A stretch of DNA of 64,000 nucleotides from Camelus dromedarius (Eukaryota), in assembly GCF_036321535.1 (NCBI RefSeq), contig NC_087436.1:111662001-111726000 (forward strand), in the 5' to 3' direction. Numbering within the stretch: position 1 is the stretch's first letter; each line of letters starts with the position of its first letter. This document shows positions 46,226 to 58,599 of the stretch, piece after piece. The notes below the pieces were generated by a model. That model did no database searches. It saw only the letters and a program-made list of their open reading frames with translations, and was not told the DNA's origin. The position numbers were made by a program, and so were the translations under genes.

Positions 46226-48089
46226 TGGGCAAAATACTAAACAAATTCCCAGCTTTGGGGGAGCTGGAAACAGATTAAAAAACTATGCAAATTGATGCAA
46301 GTCAGTTGATATTAAGGCTTATGAAAAAGACCAGAGGAGCAGTAGGGGGTCCGGAACCAGGTAAGATGTGCTGAAGTTTATAGAGGCTGGTTAGGGACGT
46401 CCCCTCCAAGGCTGTGAGACTAGAGCAGGGACTGGAATAGAGTTCACTGTTATTTTTTAAATTGCAGAAAGAGGAAAGTGAATCTGTATTAAATCTCTGC
46501 AGGGGTGATGATTTTCTAAACTCTATGATGGCAGAAAAAGACAAAGAAGATACATAGAAATTCCTCTGTGGTGTTTAAAAAATTCTGGAAAACCCACTCC
46601 TTCAAATGCTGTAGAAGTTGACGTCTGAAGCAATTGGCGCAGAGGCTTCTGCATTTGTGAGGGGCTGAGAACCTGGCTGGAGAATGGGTCTTAGGCAGAA
46701 CATGAGTGCCCAGGAGGAAGAGGGAAGAGATAGGGCTGCAGGGACAGAAGAGCACCCAGATGGGGTCTTTGGAAGGTCCCCTCCTCACCCTAATTCGGTG
46801 CCCTGACCCCCAGCCACAGAGCCCTCCATCTGAGCCTCCACACCCTCCTCTCTCTGATTGGAGTTAGGGAGGTTAAATGAGTAATTTCTCTCTGCAGGTG
46901 CTGTGATCAGGTGTTCTTGTTCTATATATAAAACTCCGGTGCTCATGTGCAGATATCCAGAAAGCTCAATTAATCCCAAACATCCCTTCCCACAGAGATA
47001 TCCCAAAATAAAATCTTCAGCACATGTAAAGTGGCTTAGCTGTTTCCTTGATTTAATGACTGAATTTAAGTTTATGAAGGGCTTTTATGAGGAGGATGCT
47101 GAGTTATTCCCCAGGTTCAGGGGCAGCTGAGTAAGAAGTCAGGAGGATCTCGAATGAAAGCTGTGGAGTTTGTAGCTGGTCAGAAAGAAGATCTTCTTAA
47201 CTCACTGAAAGAGTAAATGTAAGAACTGGCGATCAGGAGCAGTTTGAGACGTTCTTCTCTAGAGATGTAAAAGGAGCAAAGAGACACGTCGGCTGCCTCA
47301 GTGATGTTTGTTGATAGGGAGAAAATAGATCCTCGCATATTCATCTTTAAGTCTATATATCCAGCATAGTGCCTGATATGCGCCTGAAAACTAGACAAAG
47401 AAGTGAATAAGGGGATGAACTAGTGAAACAGAGGCAATGGTGTCGCCGATACAAACAATGGTAGGACGTGATGATTCCCTGAAGCACCTGTATCAGTGCC
47501 CTTGGGCCAAAATAAGGCTGCAAAACACAAACAATTCCAAAACCTTACAAGGCACAGAGCAGTAGGCATTTAATTCTGCTTGTGAATGAACGGGTTTGCC
47601 CAGTGGTGTGACTGATTCCGCCTTGTGGCTTTGCTGGGACCACCGGGCTATCCTGACTCTGCTCCATGAGGTCTTTCATCCACCATCCACCATGCTTGTT
47701 CTGACAGCAGACTCCGGGCTCCAAGAGAGCAGGAGTGAGAAAGAAACCCATCTCTTCTGCCACATTCTACTGACCAAAGCAAGTACAAGTCTAGTCCAGA
47801 TTGTTCAGGGTGTTTGGAAATAGACTCTACCTTTTGATGGGACCGGCTAATAAGTCATACTGCAAAGCTTGGATGTGGCGCAGGCAGCTTAAAAAATCAG
47901 GGATTTTTTTCGCAATCATACTACAGCATGTCCTTTCTAGTCATTCTCTAATTAAAGAGGGCAAACAAATAAAAAATGTAACCATAACAGAAATTTTAAA
48001 TGTAATGGAGCTCGTATGTAATATGAGGATATAACTACATTGAGTTAAAAAGAAAAATTCATGTAGGAGGTGGTATGGACTGTGCCTTA

Positions 48090-48560
48090 AAAGATAAATA
48101 TGTTTTGCCAAGTAGAAATGAGTCATTGACATTCCTGATAGAGGAATAAGCAAGAACATAGTCGCAAAGGTAAGAAAGAACATGATGTACTTGAAGGTGT
48201 AGAGAAATGGGGTCCAGATAAACAGCATATAAGACATAAGTGGTGGGAGGAGTTAGGGTAAGGTTTTTCTATGAAAATATGTGGTTTATTTTGTTTGCTT
48301 GCTTGTGATCCATCTTCCCTACTGGAGTGAAAGCAGAGACCTTGATTTCCCCAGCACAGAGCTCTGTCCAGCACATTGGAGGGCTCAATAAATACTTGTT
48401 GATTAAGTGGATGAAGAATGGTTATGTTGGCCTTGTGAGAAGAGTTGGACTTTAACCCAGGAGTATTGGGAGGGGGCTTAATTGTTAATAAGCAGGTGAA
48501 GATCATGATAAAATTTGAGTTTCAGGTGGATAACTGATAATAGAAGAAATGAAAACGAAG
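48090..48560 (-). mobile_element. L2 fragment containing an oppositely oriented L2 tail (about 48290-48410)
   Basis: gaaggtgtagagaaatgggg...; ccagcacattggagggctcaataaatacttgttga; ggactttaacccagg. Confidence 0.55.
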
Positions 48561-48919
48561 GATGGAGACCGGAGTCATGGTGATCGCGCTTGAGGCAGGG
48601 GCTGCAGGAAACTAGCTGTGAGTTTCATAAAAGGAAAGCCTGTGTATGGGCGCTGTCTGGACTGAGGCTGACAGACAGCACAGGGCCCTTCAAACTGCTA
48701 GGGCATTTGAAGTATTGCTGATCTACTCAAGATTTTACAGAGAAATTCAGCAAGAACTGTTGATGGAGGTTTTCCTTTTGTTGAACACTTATCATTCAAC
48801 ACTTAGTTTTCATCTGGCCTGATCTAGAGACTGCTGCAATACACAAGTTTTATTCATTGATCTGCTGAGAGTGTGATGTGTGTGTATTTTCTCAATGTCA
48901 ATGATGAACCTTATAAGCT

Positions 48920-49320
48920 GAGTGTGTAGGCATGAGCGCATTGGAGTCAGAAGGTCTACATTCAAGTTCTGGCTTTTCTACACATCGGCTGTGTGACTGA
49001 ATAATGTAATTTACCTCCAGTTCCATCTTCCTCATTTAAGAAACAGGGTTCATTGATCATGTCCTGTCTACTTCAGAGGCTCATTACAATAATCCCATGA
49101 GATAGGGTAGAGGGGATAGGGGAAGGACCTAGTATTTATCAAATGCCAGTTACTCTGCTAAGCACTTGACGTGCATATTCTCATTAATACTTATAACAAG
49201 TCTGTGAGGTACTAGAGTACTATTACTGTAGTACCATCCCCAATCTACAGATTTTATATCTGAGGCTAAGACATCAATTAAACCCAGTTCTGTTTCACAC
49301 ACTATCAAGTGCTATTAAAA
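48920..49320. mobile_element. Head-to-head MIR pair
   Basis: ggagtcagaaggtctacattcaagttctggc (+); atttatcaaatgccagttactctgctaagcacttg...ctgaggctaagac (-). Confidence 0.65.
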
Positions 49321-49838
49321 ATGTTAGCATGACTACTGTCTTTGCTCTAGGGGGAAACATATAAGGAATTTTCAATATACAGACCTCACTTTTGAGATGT
49401 GAGTGACTGTGCAAATAGCTGAACAAAATAAAACAAAAAGCTAACAGCCACAAACAGGCAAAGCAGGCATTCTGAGCAGCGTAAGGCCATTATCAGGTCT
49501 TGGAGCAAGATAAAGAGTGAAGAGGGTGGGAGGTTCTGGAAAGACATCTATTGACAATGGCTGTAATTGAGACAGTTATTTGCAGAGAGATAGGTTATGT
49601 CCCTAGATAATTTATCCATCACCTGCAACCTTAGAGCACTCAGGCTGGGCTGGAATATGATCCATAGCTTCTCTCTATTCTTCCTTGAAACTGGCTTCCG
49701 GGAGAACCTGAAGATCCCTGGAGCATGAAGGGAGAAGTACACTCTGCACTCTCTCCCCATAATGAGGAGCACTCCCACGGGGTTGTGGGGCTGCTTCCAG
49801 CCTCTGGGAGAACTGCTAAGGACTCTTACTGTCTTTCT

Positions 49839-50281
49839 TGTTATATTAGGGTTCTCTAAGAAACAGAACCAATAGGATGTTTGTATTTGCATGTTTATAT
49901 ATAGGAGAGAGAGACAGAGAGAGGGAGATTTTAAGGAATTGGCTCACGTGATTATGGGGACTACCAAGTCCAAAATCTACTGGGTGGGCCAGCAGGCTGG
50001 AGACCCAGGGATATTCCAGCATTGCAGTTCAAGTTGGAAAGCTTCTGCTGTTGGAATTTTCTTTTCCTCAGTGCAGGAGAGTCTTTTTTTCTAGTTAGGC
50101 CTTCAACTGATTAGATGAGGCCCACCACAATGTGGAGCACAATCTGCTTTACTCAAAACCCACTGATTTAAACATTAATCTCATCCAAAATCACCCCCAC
50201 AGAAACACCCAGAATAAATGTTTGATCACATATCTGGGCACCATGGGCCAGTTAAGTTGATATATAAAATGAACCATCACA
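49839..50281 (-). mobile_element. MLT2B-like ERVL solo LTR
   Basis: agggttctctaagaaacagaaccaatagga...gaattggctcacgtgattatgg...ccttcaactgattagatgaggcccac...aaaatgaaccatcaca. Confidence 0.9.
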
Positions 50282-50719
50282 CCTGGCTTCTGAACTAGAA
50301 TTTGCAATTGTCACAGCTCAGTTGCTGAAATACTATTAAATGCTGGACTCGGCTGGGTTAATGAAGGGCTGAGAACAATTGGCTCATCAGTTGGGAAAGT
50401 CAACAAGAGTCAACCTGCCCTACCTGGCTTTCTAATGGGTTCTCACCCTGGAGCCTCGTGTGGGCCATGAAAAGAGCGCTTGGCCTGGGTGATGACAAGG
50501 CTCCACACCATCTGGCTCTCTGACCTGGGTCTCCCTGCCCAAGTCTCTTTATTCTCCCTTCACACATGGCTGGAAACCTTGTACTAAGATGTGAGCCTGC
50601 CATGGTATACCCTATGTTCCAACCCTTCAAGAGGATGCCCATCCACTCTACAAAGTCAGCCACAGTCCAGTCTCCCTCTCAGCCTCTGTGCTGGCTGCAT
50701 CCTCCACCCAGCACCATAG

Positions 50720-51010
50720 GAAATCCTGATGCATGACAGCTCCTGGCCTTGGCCCATGCTGTTTCCTCTGCCTGGGTGGGCTTTGGTCACTTGGCAGGAA
50801 CCTCCCCTATTTCAGGACTCACCCTAAGTGTTCCTTCTTCTACAATATTTTCAGATTTCCCCAGGCACCTCCTTCTCTGAACATACAACAGATTAGCTTC
50901 CCCTTTATAGAATCCATGACACTTTATGGTATAGACTCATTTGTTTATGTGTCTTTCTCACCTGATGGCTGAGAATTACACTTGGCACACACATGGTGCT
51001 CAGTGCTCTT
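50720..51010 (+). mobile_element. L2 3' end
   Basis: gccttggcccatgctgtttcctctgcctgg...cacttggcacacacatggtgctcagt. Confidence 0.6.
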
Positions 51011-51339
51011 TGACTAACTGCAGAACAAATGAGTGGGTGGACCGGCAGGGCTGAGTGGTGTCCAGGGTTATCTACCTGCAGTGACAGAGCTGGGATCTGA
51101 ACCTGCATTTCTCTGACTACAAACTTGAAAACCATGACTCCAAAATGACCTTCTGCAGATGCTGCCAGGCTGGCTATACCTGAATCTCTAGGGCAAGTAT
51201 TTTGTAAAAATATAGTTTCCTGCGAACCATCCAGACCCAATAAATCAAACCTCTTGGTGGACTGAGTTAGAAAGAAAAAGAAAGGTGTTAGGATGCCTGG
51301 TTTAAAAAAAAAAAAACAAACCTCTTGGAGTTGTTCTCT

Positions 51340-51950
51340 AGGATTCTGTCCTCTGGGAAAATGCACAGATGAACATGGGTTTAGTCCATAGACACTCTTG
51401 CAGCTTTGTTTGCGATCAAAAGAAAAAATTGGAAACAATCTACATTTTCATCCAAAGGGGGAATGGTGGCCAAATGAATTATGCTATATACATCCTCTGG
51501 AATACTAGGGAGACGTAACAAGAGAATGTGAAAAACGAACCAACTTAAAAGGATCTTTGAGGCACATTTTTAACTGAAAGAGTCAGGTCAGGGAAGAAAA
51601 TGTGTGCTATGATCTTATTTATTTTACAACAAGAAGTCTGACATATAGGTAGCTATTATTTACTTTTGCAAGTGCATAAACGCATTGACGAAAGTGTGGA
51701 GAAATATACACCATACTGTTAACCATGGCTTTCTCTGTAATTTGAAAATAAAGTGATTTAAAGTCAAAATCAAAATTAAAAGTTTTCCAAGCATGAGGGA
51801 CTATCTGGGGGTGACAGAAATGTCACAACTGGATTGTGGTGATAGTTGCACGACTGCATAAGTTTACTAAAATGTATTGAATCGTGCTCTTAAAATGAGT
51901 GAATTTTGTGATACGTAAATTATACCTCAATAAAAGCTGTTTTGAAAAAC
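51340..51950 (+). mobile_element. Decayed L1ME/L1MD 3' fragments
   Basis: aattggaaacaatctac...tatgctatatacatcctctggaatact; ctggattgtggtgatagttgcacgactgcataagtttactaaaa...aattatacctcaataaaagctgtt. Confidence 0.7.
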
Positions 51951-52984
51951 AAGATTCCCAGGTGATTTTGATGTGCACCTAATTTGGGGAATCCCAGCTG
52001 TAAAATGCTGTTTCACACTCCTTTCCTTCTTTCTGAATCTCATCTTCCTTTCTTAAACAAATACGTATTTATCCTTCCTTGGGAAAGTTGATAATAAAAT
52101 CAAGAACTCATAATAAAAATCAAAATGTCATAAACACTGCTACAGAGTTTCTATTACTTGGCATATTCAAGGATTAGTGAAAATGAAAATACATCAGAAT
52201 TAGCATCCCTTAGAGAATTCTAACTCTGCTCAAGTTTAAAGTCAACAAAAAGTCTGCCCTTGGGTCTTACCACTGAAGTCTATGGCTAACCACCACCCTT
52301 AAAAAAATCATGCTCAGAGGGATGTATTTTGAAACATGGGACTTAATAAAGCCTACCTCACCAGCTATGTATGGTAAAATGAAATAACGTTTGCATTTCC
52401 TGGGAATCTACTGCACTCTTCATAGCTGCCCTGCCCTGGTCCCCACTCCTGAAAGCTGATGCCAGCATCTTTCCCTTCAGACCTCAGTGTATGGATCAGG
52501 GTGGGCCTTTAGCCCATTCATTGGCAACTGATGTATACATTGGTCAGAGACTGTGTAAGTAAGAGATTTAACTGCCGAGACCCACACTCATCTAGTGAAC
52601 CAGTGAGATCATCCTTCTAGTGGCATTTGAAGGCACCTAATGGCAGGGAGAATCAATTCATCACCCCAACATGCAGCACAAGATGGGGGAAGGGTGGACT
52701 GTCCAGTCGGCTGTGACTGTCATCAGATGGCAAAGAAGAGAGTCTCCCATTTGGTGAACAAGAGCCCAGTCTCCATGTGGTCTGGCTGAGCACCTAGTTC
52801 CTGTTCTTCTTCCTTTCCTGTGCATTTTTTGAGAAGCTCCTCTTTCTGGAAACTCAATGAGATTCTGCAATTTGCCAGCAAAGCAGCCTAATGCATTCAG
52901 CCCAAGAAGTGGTCCAAGAGTGCCCAAGAAGACTGTACATGAATGATAGGACTCTCTCACGCATGCTGCCCTCTTCCGTGCACA

Positions 52985-53150
52985 AGGCTCTGTTTGAAAC
53001 ACGCTGCACCATCAACTCCTTGACTCTCCCTGGCCCATTTGAAGTGGGTACCATTTTTATCATCATTCCCATTTTACAGATGAGGAAACTGAGACATAGA
53101 CTGGTCACACAGTTAGGAGGTAGGGCTGGGGCTAGAACACCTTCCCCAGC
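52985..53150 (-). mobile_element. MIR SINE (explains ORF 52891-53409)
   Basis: cccattttacagatgaggaaactgagacatagactggtcacacag is a near-exact MIR core. Confidence 0.85.
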
Positions 53151-54169
53151 CATTGTGCCATTTTGCTCTCAGTCAACACCAGTTCCCTTTTCCTTCCTAG
53201 TTTTTCTTCATCATACGTTCCATAAGAGTCTCCCATCTGCTTATGAGATCAAGCCAGGTCACTCTTTCTTCTTTCTGTTTACTTTAAAGCCCGATGATTC
53301 AAGAACCTTCACCAGAGCAGACTCTGCCTTTTTTCCTGCTCACTCTTTCCCCTGGTATTTGCATAACAGAGTAGCTCACATTTCTGGTGCTTTAACTCAA
53401 GGGAGCTAAATGTGCTCAGCAATAGAAAGAGGCATAACATAGAAGGGAAGGTAGTAGAAGGGAGATAACTTCAATAACTGACCTATTTTCTTTTTGGTGT
53501 TAGAAACAGCTATGACTGTAGAAGTACAAAGTCTAACTTGAGGGACCATGGAAACTTGAAATCGTTCTGGTACAATTTTTCAGATGGCTCTTCCCATAGA
53601 AAATGTTTTCTTTACCTTGAAGATGAACTCTTTTTTTCCTTTGAAAATGTAAATGTCCATGAAGAATAAATGCATATGGCAGAGTGTGAAAGAGTTTATT
53701 TTCAGTACAAAGAAATACTCAGAGTTAGAGGACCCTGGGATCCAGTCTTTGTCCTGCCATTTGCTGGCTGAGTGGCTCTGGGTGTGTCGCAGGGACTTCC
53801 TGAACCTCACATTCCTCATTTGTCAGATGCCTTCCTTGTGAGACTAAGAACGTGACATGCAGGGGTCTGATGTTCCTTCCACACAGCTGGACAGGCTGGT
53901 GTGACACTAAATGGACTCTGTTATTGTGAGGAGGAATATTATTATGTTCCTTGGCTTTATTCTTGCACGCAGGTGTAACCTCACCTTCAGAAGCCACTAA
54001 ATTCTTCTTCAGTGGAAAATCTCACATTCTTTGGAGGATTCTTACGAGGATTAAATAACAGTGACTTTGGCAATCTAAGTTGCTGGTAAACATAAAGGAT
54101 TATGAGTGTGGTATTAATCCTTCATTCCAAAGATATTTTTGAGCCAAAAAAAAAAAAAAAAAAAAGCCA

Positions 54170-54592
54170 GAGTTGGAGAGGGCATCATGACTGCTATGGT
54201 TGTTACCATATTGTGGGGGCAGATATGATTCTGGTCAAGGAATGTTAAAGATTCACAAAAGGAGGTAAGGGTAGTCACAGGTATATGAGGGAAGTCGGGG
54301 ATGGAGGAGGATCCTGGAGGGTAGACCAGGGTGGTCGAGAGTAGAAAAAGGTAGTTGGAAGTAGACAAGGAAAGAGAAGGGTGATCGGGGGTAGATGACA
54401 GTAGATGAGTGTTGAGTGAGGGAGCTTTTGAAATGGGTCAGGGGAGCATCACCTGGAGAAGGGAGGAAACAGAAGCCTTGTGTTTGGGGATAAAGTGACA
54501 TTGTGGTAATGGTGCCATCAATGAGGTAGTGATGGAGGTCATTGCTGAGGAGATCAAGGAACTGGGGGTGGCGGGAGTTAGGATTTGACCAG
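54170..54592 (-). mobile_element. L2 internal fragment
   Basis: G/A-rich antisense L2 (gagtgagggagctttt...gagaagggagga...gatggaggtcattgctgagg). Confidence 0.5.
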
Positions 54593-54950
54593 TGTGATGG
54601 ACTGAATGATTATGTCCCCCAGACTCATGCTTTGAAACCTACCTAGTCCCCAGTGGGATAGTATTTGAGGGCAGGGTCTTTGGGAGGTGATTAGACTCCA
54701 CTTTTATGACTGGGATCTGTGTCCTTATAAAAGAGACCCCAGTGAACTCCCTAGGCCCTTCTACCAGGTGAGAACACAGTGAGATAACAGCCACCTATGA
54801 ACCAAAATGTGGGCTCCTAACCAGACACCAGATCCGCAGGCATTTTCATCTTGGACTTCCCAGCCTCCTGGACTGTGCAAGATACATGTTTGTTGCTGAA
54901 GTCACCCAATCTATGACATTCTGTGATGGCAGCCTGGACCCACCGAGGCA
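54593..54950 (+). mobile_element. MLT1A0-like MaLR solo LTR with 5-bp TSD
   Basis: tgtgatggactgaatg...gggtctttgggaggtgattag...ttataaaagagacccca...tcttggacttcccagcctcc...; flanks accag / cccag. Confidence 0.9.
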
Positions 54951-56798
54951 CCCAGGGTCCTGAGAGTGAGGATGGGTGCAAAGCCAGAATCTGTTTCTAA
55001 GCGGTGTTGTAGCATGTTGCTATGCTACAAGCACCAAAAAGCAGCCGATTTTTCCTTTTTCCTTTAATTTGAATTTTTCATGCACTCATTGACTGACCTA
55101 CCTCTTGTCTGGGCTCTGAGAAGGAGGAAGTTATGATTTTTCTATGAATGGCCATGTGAGCATCGGGTATGATGAACTGACAACTCTCCCCAGACGTGGA
55201 GACAGACGAGGCATGGCTGGCGTTACTTCTGAAGGGGGCTCCACAACAGAAGTCCTCTCTCCGATCCTGACGATCCTGGGACAATGCAATAAGGATGAGA
55301 GAGAGGGGTTCCTCTCTCTGAAGGTACCTTGGTGCTCCTGCCATACCTGGAACAGCCAATTTCCAGTAAAAGTTCAGAACAGATCATTTTGGAAAGGTTA
55401 ATTTCCTGACGTGCTTGCTCTGGGTTTCATGCTAAGGTTAAGTCTCAAAGTGCCTTTTTAAAAAGCATAGATCTGATTAAAGCACTCTCTGCTCTGAAAC
55501 CTCCCATGGCATCCCACTGCCTATAAATAAAGTTCAAATTCCCTAAAATAGGATGACCCAACCCCAGACTACCTCTTTGGGTTTCTCTGCCAGTCTTCAT
55601 ATCTCATACTCCTAATCTGATTCCTGGCTCAATCACCATTTCCCAAACAACCCGTGTGATTTCCCGCCCCATGCATTCGCCTCCCTCCTGAATGACCATC
55701 CTCCCCGCCCAGGTGGATTTCATTGCTGTCCTCTGATACATCCTTTACAGGACAGCGCACTCCATTCCCAGGGGTTGCCAGTCTGTAGCAATCCAGTGCC
55801 TTTATCGGTCTGGGCTCACACAGTTTTGCTGATGAGTCTTTATAGGGGCAGGTATGAATTGGAGTTTTATATTAATTTACAACTTCTTCTATGTTCCTAC
55901 TTCTCAAAAGGCATTTGAGGTGGTTAACTGTAGATTTTTGGCCATCAAGACACACAGATACACATCCCCTTTTCCCTGCTGCAAGAACGGACGCTCTTGT
56001 TGGGTTCCTGTGGGGGTTATAATCTTAATGAGAACTGCAAACAGCATCATCATTATTTTATTTCCCAGCTCTTGTTTTTCACAGACATTTCTGACTATTT
56101 CCCTCGAACTAGCCTGCTTGCTGACTCACTAAGCAGCATGTTCAAGATTGAAGGACTCCTCCTTTCCCCAGATGCACAGCCTTTTGTGGATTTTAGTTTC
56201 AGAGGGGGAACCATAAATATGTGTCCTTCAATTTGAAAAGGTGTGCTCGAAGCCAGCAGCCAGCAAGGGAGGCTAGAGAAAAGGATTTCCAAGGAAGAAA
56301 CAGTGAGATGCTCAGCCATAAAAGCAAGAGGGATTCACACTGTTGATGCTTTGCGTGCTAAATTCTTGCAGTGCTTACAGACCCAGTGGTTCCATCTGGG
56401 AGGTGGAGGGAGACCCGTCCTCACTGCGTGCAGACACAACAAATGGCCGCACATTTCTTATTCCAGGATAGAAGGGCAGGCAGGATCTGCAAAAGATCTG
56501 ATTTCTGCTGGCTAAGCAATGAGGAGAAAGGCAAGGGCTGCCTCTCCCAGCTCTGCTGAGCTGGGACTCGGCTTCCTGACCCCAACTTCCAGCCTGGACA
56601 AGTCTTTATGGATTTCCAGGGACTAGCTCCCCAACTTTTTATCTTAGACTCCCCTCCAGCTTTGTATTTCTTTGGTATTGCTTTGTGATACCTACCCTGG
56701 GGTTATTTTGTTGGATTGATACACAATAGTATTGCAATTGAACTGAAATCTTTGTTCAGAGATATATGACGTTTCCATGCCAACGAACTCCAAGAGGC

Positions 56799-56949
56799 NN
56801 NNNNNNNNNNNNNNNNNNNNNNNNNNNNNNNNNNNNNNNNNNNNNNNNNNNNNNNNNNNNNNNNNNNNNNNNNNNNNNNNNNNNNNNNNNNNNNNNNNNN
56901 NNNNNNNNNNNNNNNNNNNNNNNNNNNNNNNNNNNNNNNNNNNNNNNNN
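56799..56949. other. Assembly gap (151 N)
   Basis: N run. Confidence 0.99.
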
Positions 56950-57599
56950 CACCTTCTTTCTTTTTTCTTCCCTTCCACATGTCTCATGCAATACTCCATT
57001 TCGTACATGGAGGTAAAATGCAGTTGCTGGAGGGACGCACACAGAAGAGAAGAGGCAAAGCTGTGGGGAAGGTTTTTACAGATCATCACTCAGTCTGCAT
57101 GCTGACCTTCCAGTTTGGGGTTTTGTTTGCTCATATATACTTCCAAAACTAATTTCCAGGGGCTAATTTTGTCCAGACATTGGGCATAGAGTGACAGGGC
57201 TGTTGGGGAGCTCTCAGCTTTTCTCTTCGGAATGGGGGATGACATCACAGGTGTGGAGCAGGAGAGCAGGGGCCGTGGAGTGGGCTTTGGCAGAGGCACA
57301 GGCAGGAGGTAACACTACCCTTGTTCTCACCTGCATGGATTCTAATCATTTTATGCACACAGACCATTTTCTTAAACCTTTATATCCCTGAGCTTCTGCC
57401 TGACCTCACCCAACACACTGTCTTTCCTCCAGCGAGCCCTCAATATATCTTTGCAGAATTGAATTAAGACACACCTTTATCCTCTCCCTGTCAGGCTTGC
57501 CTCCTTTCCACTACTGCTCCCCCCTCCCCCCATCCCATCCCAGTTGCATTTGTTCTTAAGGAGCTCGGCTTTTTAGAACATCAAGGGCAGAAGGAGTGG

Positions 57600-58130
57600 G
57601 TAATGAATTTTGGTCGCAGGTGACAGAAACCCAATTCAAATTGCCCTGAAGAAGAAAAAAATGGGGATGGGGGTGGTATTTTCTCACAAAACTGCCAAGT
57701 CCAGGGAGAGAAACAATCCAAAGGACCAAACAATGACATCCAGGTAGAGATACTTTGTCACATGGAAGTCCATGTCTCTCTGGATGGCTTCATTCTCATG
57801 CCCCATGTGGCCCTCCAGCACTTCCAGTTTGCATCTAAATAGAAAAAGTGCTTCTCTGTGGAGTAGTTCCAGAAAAACGTGCTGAGACGGAATCTACTTG
57901 GCTGGGCTGGTGCCATTTGCTTGGTTGTGTCCCAGCCACTCTGGCCATAGGGATGAGATATTCTAATCGTCCATGCTTGAGACTTGTAATTGGCTGGAGG
58001 GCAAGGGATGGGGTTAGACTCATCCACAGGCAAGGATTAATGTGGGAGAAGAGTAGTTTTTTGGGTGCTGATAGGAGAGGAAATGAAGATGAATGCCAAA
58101 TGGGAAATATTGAAATGGTATCTACCATGT
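57600..58130 (-). mobile_element. MaLR LTR remnant (MLT1K/L-like)
   Basis: gcaggtgacagaaacccaattcaaattg...cagccactctggccatagggatgagatattctaatcg. Confidence 0.55.
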
Positions 58131-58599
58131 TACCTTCTCTCCCTTCCCCACCATCAACAATGTTTGTTGGAACTGTTGAATCTTGAGTTACTCAGACCAT
58201 CAAAATAAGAGAGAATTAAAAGAACCATCAGTCCACCTGGTCTAAATTGGCTCCTCTTTTATATTTGATGGCAACTAATGAACTTCAAAGTGGCATTTCA
58301 TTGCATGTGGCTAGTCATAAGTGGCCGGCAGTTAAGCCCAGATGCTGTAATGACTAACTCAGAATGTCCATTTTCATCCTCTCTGGTTCATCCATTCCCA
58401 AAGATATTTATGAGCACTTAGAACTGCAGCTTCCGGGCACTGGAAGAAAACACCACTCTCACATGACATTATGATTTTAATACCAATAAATAGGAAAGGA
58501 AGCATAAATGATAATAATCTGGGAAAAAGCCATGCTCTCCTCCTCATTTCCTGCCTGCTTGCCAAGCTATGCGCTATTTTGTCAGGAAGTAGGGGAAGT

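Noticed and set aside
50905-51438. 177-aa minus ORF, the longest in the window
   Set aside because: It runs across L2, MIR, a poly-T run and L1 debris, with low-complexity Phe runs and no recognisable domain.
52891-53409. 172-aa ORF
   Set aside because: The ILQMRKLRHR-type translation is the well-known MIR core; no coding signature.
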